Assembly (NCBI GenBank): GCA_003353855.1
Contig: PIVS01000001.1
Location: 1 to 43,382, forward strand
Reading direction: 5' to 3'
Source: Desulfobacteraceae bacterium
GTDB taxonomy: Bacteria > Desulfobacterota > Desulfobacteria > Desulfobacterales > Desulfobacteraceae
DNA: 43,382 nucleotides
Below the pieces are notes generated by a model. It searched no databases. It was not told the DNA's origin and saw only the letters and a program-made list of their open reading frames with translations. Below, one piece after another: positions 37,373-43,382 of this stretch. Numbering within the stretch: the stretch's first letter is position 1; the number at the start of each line of letters is the position of its first letter. The position numbers were made by a program, and so were the translations under genes.

Positions 37373-37395
37373 TTGACCTGTTTTTTGTAATTGGC
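37360..37395. repeat. 18-bp tandem duplication spanning the fabH stop codon
   Basis: CCGTTTTTTGTAATTGAC / CTGTTTTTTGTAATTGGC, 16 of 18 identical. The first copy contains the last fabH codons plus TAA. Confidence 0.8.
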
Positions 37396-37419
37396 CGGGC
37401 CATTACCCCATGCTTTTTT

Positions 37420-37462
37420 CACCATGAAGGACAGGAAGGTTTTTTTTCATACCTTCATGGTG
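37420..37462. terminator. Hairpin between convergent fabH and pgi
   Basis: CACCATGAAGG-(21 nt loop containing TTTTTTTT)-CCTTCATGGTG, a perfect 11-bp stem. The loop is long for a canonical terminator. Confidence 0.4.
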
Positions 37463-37500
37463 AACTAAATTGTTGGGATTGGAAATATGCCCGGCAATGA

Positions 37501-39165
37501 TTATTCCAGGGAGCCCTTGAACAAGGTTTCCAGATAAAATTTCTTTGCATCTTCCAGGTGGTCAAATTCGTATTCTAATTTATTATTTAAAGATTGGTTC
37601 TTGAGAGAAATTTCTTTTCGAATGTCAGATGCCAGCACCTTGCCCAACTCAACCCCAAACTGGTCAAAGGGGTTAATTCCCAGGATAAATCCCTCAAACA
37701 CGGTCCTTGCTTCATAAAAGGACAACAAATTACCCAGGCTTTCCGGGGACAGGTCATTGATGATGATCAGAGAGGAGGGCCTGTTGCCCGGGAAATATTT
37801 GGCTGGAGTGTCATTTTCTTTACCCGTGGCCAGAGCCAGGGTCTGGGCAAGCATATTGGCCCATAGTTCCTGGTGATTGGTCACCCCCTTTGATTTGGCG
37901 CACTCCCCATCATATGCCGGATTTACCACACCGATAAATTCGATGGGAAAGGCTGGGCCCTGGTGGGCCAGCTGGAAGAAAGAATGCTGGGCATTTGTGC
38001 CGGGTTCTCCAAAAATGATGGTGCCGGCGGGTTGGGTGAGAAAACAGCCGTCCGGGGAGGCATGTTTGCCTGTACTTTCCATGTAAAGCTGCTGCACATG
38101 GGCCGGCAGCTTTGACAAGCCGCTGGAATAAGGGATGATCGCCTGGGCAGTGTAATTTAGGAAAAAAGTGTTCCATATACTGATCATGGCCGAAACCAGG
38201 GGGATATTTATGGATTCCGGAGCCGTCAGGGCGTGGGTATCCATGGTGTGACACCCCTTTAAAAAACGTTCAAAACAATCAAATCCAAATGCAATACTCA
38301 GGGGCACTCCTCCCACGGCTGAGGTGACTGAAAAACGGCCGCCGATAAAATCAAACATGTGGAAGGAGGCAAGAACCGGATTCGATGGATCATCTCCCGG
38401 GCTTCCCTTGGAGGTCACAGTAACCAGGTGATTTTCGGGAGAAAGACCATGGGCTTTTAAAAAGAGCCGTGCCTGTGCAAGGTTAGCCATTGTTTCCGTG
38501 GTGGTATAGGATTTTGAAATTACAATCCAAAGGCAGGTTTCCGGTTCTATTTTCTTGGTAACACTGTAAAAATTATCAATATCCACATTGGGCAAGAAAT
38601 GAATCATTATTTTTGGATCAATGGATTGTTTTAATGCCTCAAATGCAAATTCGCATCCCAGATATGATCCGCCAATACCGATGACAACTGCATGGGTAAA
38701 GAACTTGCCAGTGCTGCCTTTTATTCTTCCCTGGTGGAGGGCCGAGGAAAATGCTTTTATTTCGCGGTTGACCCTGTTCATTTCAGAGTCGACATCCATA
38801 TCATCAATTTTGAGTTTTGGTTTTAAGGGGTTATCTGAAAAATCCCTTGTACCGGTATGGAGAGCTGCTCTTCTTTCCGTTGTATTGACCATTTTGCCTC
38901 CTGCCATGTCTGAAAAGCTCTGGCAGGCATTGGTCTGTTTTGCCAGGCGTATCAGTGTCTGGAATAGGTCTGAGTCAATCCGCTGGCGGGAAAAATCCAG
39001 AAACATTTCTGGGGTCTTCAGAGAAAATTCAGAAAAGCGGTGGGGTTGCAGGATAAGCTTTTTTAAATGATAGGAGTCCGTTCCAAAACAGGTTGCTTTT
39101 TCAGTCAATTGTCTGAAAATCCCCTTTTGGTGAGGGATATCAGGATGGAGCAGACCTTTTGGCAT
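37501..39165 (-). CDS. pgi: Glucose-6-phosphate isomerase
   Basis: PGI blocks NTTERRAALHT, GIGGSYLG, the sugar-isomerase signature region, QHSFFQLAHQG. Start placed at ATG 39165 (MPKGLL). The track ORF begins at TTG 39198, which remains a possible alternative start. Confidence 0.9.
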   Translation of the reverse strand: MPKGLLHPDIPHQKGIFRQLTEKATCFGTDSYHLKKLILQPHRFSEFSLKTPEMFLDFSRQRIDSDLFQTLIRLAKQTNACQSFSDMAGGKMVNTTERRAALHTGTRDFSDNPLKPKLKIDDMDVDSEMNRVNREIKAFSSALHQGRIKGSTGKFFTHAVVIGIGGSYLGCEFAFEALKQSIDPKIMIHFLPNVDIDNFYSVTKKIEPETCLWIVISKSYTTTETMANLAQARLFLKAHGLSPENHLVTVTSKGSPGDDPSNPVLASFHMFDFIGGRFSVTSAVGGVPLSIAFGFDCFERFLKGCHTMDTHALTAPESINIPLVSAMISIWNTFFLNYTAQAIIPYSSGLSKLPAHVQQLYMESTGKHASPDGCFLTQPAGTIIFGEPGTNAQHSFFQLAHQGPAFPIEFIGVVNPAYDGECAKSKGVTNHQELWANMLAQTLALATGKENDTPAKYFPGNRPSSLIIINDLSPESLGNLLSFYEARTVFEGFILGINPFDQFGVELGKVLASDIRKEISLKNQSLNNKLEYEFDHLEDAKKFYLETLFKGSLE

Positions 39166-39202
39166 TATTATTTTTTCCTGTTGTTTTTTTTTTGTCAAAA
39201 TA

Positions 39203-40345
39203 TTAGTTCCTGTTAGAGATAAGGGTCATCAATTTAAATCCATACTCCGTATGAAGGACGCGTAAAAATTCTCTTTTTGCATTGATACTGATCCTGATTT
39301 TATTGCTTTTCATACCTTGCAAGCCTTGCAAAATTTCAAAGGTCTTAAGAACCAGAAATTTGCCAATATCATGCATCAACCCGCTTAAAAATGCCTTATT
39401 GGTCAACTCCGGATATCCGCATTTTTGGCATCCCTTGCCCTTTAAAAAATTTGCATCTGCCATTTCCGCACGGGAGGTCCCCAGACGCCTTAATTTGCTC
39501 AGGTCCGGATGATAGGGTGCAGCACAATTTTCGCAGACCCTTCTCAAAAGTCTTTGTGCAATAACGCATACCACAGTTGATGACACGAGGAAAGGTTCAA
39601 TATGCATATTTAATAGCCGAACCAGGGTCCTGGCGAAGGAAATGTTTCAGGGTCTCTTCAAAGTTACGGCCTATGTCTGTTTTAATGGAGCATTGGGCAA
39701 TCCCATTGATTTTATACTCCACTGGATCTTCCGCCGTGATGATGGTTATATCCGGTTTGTTGATATGGTTTATACAACTGCACACAGTGGATGATTTTCC
39801 TGATCCAGTGGGCCCCGGTTACCAGCAAAACTCCCGAGGGAAGCGATAGTATTTCATTCTTAAATCTTTCGAGCATGTTTGGCAGCATGCCGATTTTATC
39901 AATTCCAAGCAGTTGCTCCTGGCTTTTCAGCAGGCGCATGATAATATTTTCACCATAAACCGTGACAAAAAAAGACATTCTAAGATCGAATTTGATCCCA
40001 TTGTGTTCAAAAAGGAGACTGCTGTCCTGGTGCCGTCTTTTTTCCGTAATATCCGCACCGCGCATGATTTTAAACCGACTGCTCAGTTTTGCATGGATAC
40101 TTGCGGGATAATCTTTGTAATGGACCATGACCCCGTCCTGCCTGAACCGGATCCTAACTCTGTCTTCAAGGGCCTCCACATGGATATCGCTGGCATCCCT
40201 GTGATAGGCATTTTCAATAATCTGATCGGCAATATCCATGATATTGAATTTTTTGGGTCACCTTATGTGCATAAACAGCCTTTTCTTTTTGGAGCAGTCC
40301 CTAATCGATTAAAAGCTGGACAATAGTATTGAATTTTATTTCCAT
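39203..40345 (-). pseudogene. Decayed PilB/GspE-family secretion/pilus ATPase, C-terminally patched to an HDOD-domain fragment
   Basis: Several pieces in different frames. (1) About 40345-40259: IVQLLID*GLLQKEKAVYAHK, T2SSE_N-like with a stop. (2) 40239-39712: DASDIHVE...RFRQDGV...SRFKIM...ITEKRRHQDS...GENIIMRLL...GVLLVTG. (3) A frame shift in a C4/G4 run (39813-39816) exactly at Walker A, with the other frame giving GPTGSGKSSTV...IITAEDPVEY...LRQDPG. (4) About 55 aa with the Walker B / His box are absent. (5) The sequence resumes IEPFLVSS...AQRLLRRVCENC...GKGCQKCGY, then switches to the HDOD-like LSGLMHDIGKFLVLK...HTEYGFKLM. Confidence 0.7.
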
Positions 40346-40429
40346 CTTTAACTTCCCTGTTCAATTGTGCAAGGTCCCGGTTGGGAGCTTATATTTTGGG
40401 GTTGAGAACAGATTTCAAGAACCAGGTAA

Positions 40430-40708
40430 TTAAGTAAAATGAAAAAGAAGGTAGGGTCCTAATCTGTCATAATGATCAGAAGATTCAAATTGTACGCCGA
40501 TTTCTTCGGATGATATGGTTCTCACTGTTACACCCTTGTATATCTTTGATTGTTCTAAATCATCAATTGTAAATTCAACCTGAATTTTTTCAACTACTTT
40601 CAGCTCAAGTTTTTCGATGGATTTTATTTTCAGAGCAAATCTTGAAATATCAATCACCAACATGGCGTATTTTTTCAAATTTCGTACAAGGTGTCCTTCA
40701 AGGGCCAT
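40430..40708 (-). CDS. Small PilZ-like protein with degenerate motifs (hypothetical)
   Basis: 92 aa. VIDISRFALKI resembles the PilZ D-x-S-x-x-G strand with Gly replaced. The C-terminal GVTVRTISSEEIGVQFES...LGPYL resembles the last PilZ strands. No clear RxxxR motif. Weak, pattern-only call. Confidence 0.35.
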   Translation of the reverse strand: MALEGHLVRNLKKYAMLVIDISRFALKIKSIEKLELKVVEKIQVEFTIDDLEQSKIYKGVTVRTISSEEIGVQFESSDHYDRLGPYLLFHFT

Positions 40709-40934
40709 TTTTTTTTATTCATAAAAACTTTTAGGACCATACTTTTTTTCAAAAGCAAATCAACTATAATCAACTATACCAATTTGAAAAAATTATAAAC
40801 TGATTGCGTTATAAAAACAAACCTGCAAATTGGTATTATCCTAAAAATCCAGGGACCTATTTCCAGCGCCTGAAAGAAAGGCCATTTTAGACTTGTAAAA
40901 TCGAATAAAATGTTATAGTTAAACCAGCAATTAT

Positions 40935-41022
40935 GCCTGGGTGGCGGAACTGGTAGACGCAAGGGACTTAAAATCCCTCGAGCATATTGCTTGTACGAGT
41001 TCAATTCTCGTCCCAGGTACCA
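40935..41022 (+). tRNA. tRNA-Leu (anticodon UAA), long variable arm, CCA encoded
   Basis: Acceptor GCCTGGG pairs with CCCAGGT (G1-U72 wobble). D arm GCGGAACTGGTAGACGC. Anticodon stem-loop AGGGA-CTTAAAA-TCCCT. Long variable arm CGAGCATATTGCTTGT. T arm ACGAG-TTCAATT-CTCGT. Discriminator A followed by CCA. Confidence 0.93.
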
Positions 41023-41030
41023 ATAAATAG

Positions 41031-41059
41031 CCGAAATTGTTGCTGATTTCGGTTTTTTT
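41031..41059 (+). terminator. Rho-independent terminator after tRNA-Leu
   Basis: CCGAAAT-(tgttgctg)-ATTTCGG followed by TTTTTTT. Confidence 0.65.
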
Positions 41060-41101
41060 ATTGGTAAAAAGGTTGCCCAGAGGTTGCCCACCCCTGGACA
41101 A

Positions 41102-41242
41102 CTATTTTTTCTTCCTTTTTTCTTCATCAAAATCAATCACCTTGCCCCTCATTTTTGCCATGAGTTGAGAGGCGGCTAAATCATCCTGATCACCTATCTG
41201 ACAATACCGATCAAAAGCCGCATTTGAATTATAGCTTGTTTC
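41102..41242 (-). pseudogene. C-terminal tail of a tyrosine recombinase (phage-type integrase), with the rest deleted
   Basis: A 46-codon open frame with no start codon: ETSYNSNAAFDRYCQIGDQDDLAASQLMAKMRGKVIDFDEEKRKKK*. The AFDRY-x-x-I/V-x-x-x-DL pattern matches the catalytic-Tyr tail (..MFDRYNIV.E.DL..A) of many tRNA-associated integrases. Its 3' end faces the tRNA 3' end, the classic island arrangement. Confidence 0.5.
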
Positions 41243-41544
41243 TTATTTCGAAATACTCGGGGACCAGCACGATAAACATCTGGAAGGCTGATTAGACCCA
41301 GTTTTTTTTTGTTAATCCATTTTAGTAGCTCCTGTGCTTTTTCAAGATCAAGGTTTGGTTCAGCTAAACCGGACATCCGAATTCTCTCTTTTAAATAATA
41401 TGTTATTAAGTTTATGGCATTTTCCATATGTTTTAATGGGATCGTTTTACGGTTGATGTCTTCAAACAAAGCCATGATTCCAGCGAGCCTCAAAATATGG
41501 TTTGGGGCCTTGCCAGCAAAGCCTTCTATTATGTAAATAGAAAT
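41194..41544 (-). pseudogene. Fragment of a mobile-element protein (DUF3987/YfjI-like C-terminal region), N-terminally truncated
   Basis: The open frame, bounded upstream by TAA at 41545-41547, reads ...GFAGKAPNHILRLAGIMALFED...AINLITYYLKERIRM...LLKWINKK...ISLPDVYRAGPRVFRNKK. This resembles the C-terminal part of DUF3987 proteins of P4-like integrative elements. There is no plausible N-terminal P-loop domain and no good start. Recognition is from memory only. Confidence 0.35.
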
Positions 41545-41709
41545 TTAGTCGTTTTTTAAGCAAACCGTGTATCTGTTGGATGTTGCGGCTAATCTGTGAT
41601 ATCTGAATATATAAGATATGCGTTGGTACTTTTTTACTCTGAAATGCGTACCTGCAATCATATCAATTATATCCACGAAAAGTGAATAGATATCCGGACT
41701 GGGTGAGGT

Positions 41710-43382
41710 ATGAAAAAGGGTTGTAAGACTTATTGGCGTCACATTTTTTGTATATTTCTTTTATTTATAGGCGTACTGAACGCTGATGCACAGATGGCCA
41801 ATCTAACAGAAATTGAAAATCATTTTATTCCGAATATTAAAATTATCAGGGATGAAAATCTAAAAGTCATAGAAAATCCCGAACTCCACATGGGCGTTTC
41901 CATGGATAATATCATCCTCAGGGATATTTTAAACAAAGGGATGGGCGCTATCTCCCGGACTGAGATAAACTCGCTTCGTCAGAAGTGGATGCCTCTGGAA
42001 TTTCAAAAGGTCACAGAAGCAAAATCCTCATATCCCTGGGCCATTATCAGCGGCGTTGCCCTTTTGTTACTAATTATGATCTTTTCTATAGTTTATCTAT
42101 GGCGAGTCCGGGGGGATAAAAAGACGATTTTAATTTTATTGATTATCTTATTGTTCGGGCTGGTCTGCGCTGAATTTGCTGCAATCAAAATTTATGTTTC
42201 AAAAAACGAGGCCATTTCCCTTGCCAAATTATTGCGAATTGAGTCCTTAAGAATTGTCGACCACCTCCGGCAGACATCAGATGATCTCACCCGTATGGTC
42301 AGACTGTTTGCTGTTACCGGTGATTCCAGATTTGAGGCGTACTTTAAGCGTATTTTAGACATCCGAAACGGGGAGGCACCCCGTCCAGTGGATTATGGTA
42401 ATGGGTACTGGGATTATGTCGTCGCAACCGGTCGTGACCCTCGTGGCAACGGAACTCCCATGTCCATTGAAGACTTAATGATTCAAAAGAATTTTGATAA
42501 CGAAGAACTCAATTTATTGAGAACTGCTAAAAATAATTCCAATAAATTGGCAGTGCTTGAACTTCGTGCCATCAATGCGGTCAAAGGATTTTTTGCCGAT
42601 GATACCGGTGCATATGGGAAAAAAGGAAGGCCGGATCTTGAATTCGCCCAAAAGCTTTTATATGGAAACGGCTATCATAGGGCAAAAGCAGGCATTATGG
42701 CCACCATCGACAGTGTCAGTCTCCATGTGGATAAACGAACAAACCAGACCATTTCCCAGCTGAATATTCAAGCAAGAGAACTGATTTTTATCGCATCCGT
42801 TATAGGATTTGGCAGCCTGCTTATTGTTGGGGTATTGCTATTTCTTTCAGCCAAATGGATCTCATCTTCCCAAAAAGAAATTATTGGAAGTGACCTTGCC
42901 GACAGAAAAAACCTTAAAGGACTCATCTTGTCATCCCTGGTAAAAAGCTGGCCCTTATTGTTGACCTCGCTTCTTGTGGCATTCCTTATTACAAGTTTGT
43001 CCTGGAGAAACATGCTTCATCTGGTTGACCATGAACGGGGTCATCTGAAAGAATCCCTTGAGAGCGTACTCCAAATGACTACCAAGGCAACAGAAAACTG
43101 GTTCAATGAACGGGAACAGGAAATCCGGATTTGGGCTCATTCTCCCAAATTGAGTGAGGTTTTTCAGCAATTATCAATTGCAGATAATTTAAAACTGGAA
43201 CCCATTGATGAAGAATTGAGCCTGGCGTATCAATCAATCCTGTTAGCCGTCTTAAAACCGCTGATTGTTGAACAAGGCTATCTTGGGTATCTGATTGTGA
43301 ATGCCGCAGGAAAAGTTCTGGGCAGCGACAGGAGTCTGCTTGTGGGGTCACACCTTGACAGTCCGGAGGAACAATCCTTTCT
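41710..43382 (+). CDS. Multi-domain membrane sensor protein, 5' partial view (continues beyond the window): signal-like N-terminus, vestigial SBP_bac_3 tail, TM pair, CHASE3-like helical sensor region, second TM pair, Cache-like region
   Basis: Not in the supplied ORF track because there is no stop before the window ends. I translated from ATG 41710 (GTGAGG upstream) and found no stop through 43382 (557 codons). It reads MKKGCKTYWRHIFCIFLLFIGVLNADA...ELHMGVSMDNIILRDILNKGMGAISRTEINSLRQKW...TM...VRLFAVTGDSRFEAYFKRILDIRNGEAPRP...TM... Confidence 0.7.
   Translation, partial: MKKGCKTYWRHIFCIFLLFIGVLNADAQMANLTEIENHFIPNIKIIRDENLKVIENPELHMGVSMDNIILRDILNKGMGAISRTEINSLRQKWMPLEFQKVTEAKSSYPWAIISGVALLLLIMIFSIVYLWRVRGDKKTILILLIILLFGLVCAEFAAIKIYVSKNEAISLAKLLRIESLRIVDHLRQTSDDLTRMVRLFAVTGDSRFEAYFKRILDIRNGEAPRPVDYGNGYWDYVVATGRDPRGNGTPMSIEDLMIQKNFDNEELNLLRTAKNNSNKLAVLELRAINAVKGFFADDTGAYGKKGRPDLEFAQKLLYGNGYHRAKAGIMATIDSVSLHVDKRTNQTISQLNIQARELIFIASVIGFGSLLIVGVLLFLSAKWISSSQKEIIGSDLADRKNLKGLILSSLVKSWPLLLTSLLVAFLITSLSWRNMLHLVDHERGHLKESLESVLQMTTKATENWFNEREQEIRIWAHSPKLSEVFQQLSIADNLKLEPIDEELSLAYQSILLAVLKPLIVEQGYLGYLIVNAAGKVLGSDRSLLVGSHLDSPEEQSF

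Noticed and set aside
40774-41136. 120-aa minus-strand ORF.
   Set aside because: It runs antisense straight through the tRNA-Leu gene and its terminator, and has no recognisable protein features.
41545-41742. 65-aa minus-strand ORF in the same frame as, and directly upstream of, the DUF3987-like fragment. It could be more of the same pseudogene.
   Set aside because: Its translation shows no similarity I can recognise, and it overlaps the start of the plus-strand sensor ORF. It is left unannotated.
1-43382. CRISPR arrays, rRNA genes, intact IS elements/transposases, toxin-antitoxin pairs or recognisable defence systems.
   Set aside because: None seen. There are no regularly spaced repeats, no transposase-like ORFs, and all sizeable ORFs are accounted for by metabolic, regulatory or housekeeping functions, or by relics.

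Overview
This is a 43.4 kb bacterial chromosomal window. All family calls come from reading the translations and motifs by eye, with no database search. The background is about 45-52% GC. The tightly coupled operons and several sigma-54 regulators tentatively suggest a Desulfobacterales-type deltaproteobacterium, but this is low-confidence inference.

Gene order:
- TPR/SPOR protein, NupC-type nucleoside transporter, rsmG
- a visibly low-GC insert with an intact anaerobic sulfite reductase operon (asrA-asrB-asrC, minus strand) and a divergent SdaC/TdcC-like permease
- a decayed ureA-ureB remnant
- ileS-lspA-lgt-holA(?)-pyk
- a minus-strand operon lrp/asnC-gcvT-gcvH-gcvPA-gcvPB-lipB-lipA, divergent from lpd
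- a BvgS-like hybrid histidine kinase with three periplasmic solute-binding domains, then an NtrC-type sigma-54 activator and an alanine/glycine:cation symporter preceded by three GTCA-N3-TGAC palindromes
- a PatB/MalY-type C-S lyase
- a livM/livG relic
- an NtrC-type regulator split into REC and AAA+/HTH halves by one in-frame TAA
- CaCA antiporter, fabH, pgi
- a decayed PilB/GspE-type ATPase patched to an HDOD fragment, plus a PilZ-like ORF
- tRNA-Leu(UAA) followed by an integrase tail and a DUF3987-like fragment
- a sensor-protein ORF absent from the supplied track because it runs off the 3' end

I found no CRISPR array, rRNA, intact IS or prophage, and no clearly new multi-gene system. The most noteworthy items are the asr low-GC insert sitting where the rest of a urease operon should be, the in-frame-stop-split sigma-54 activator, the three-domain sensor kinase / palindromic upstream sites / symporter circuit next to the glycine-cleavage supercluster, and the density of gene relics.
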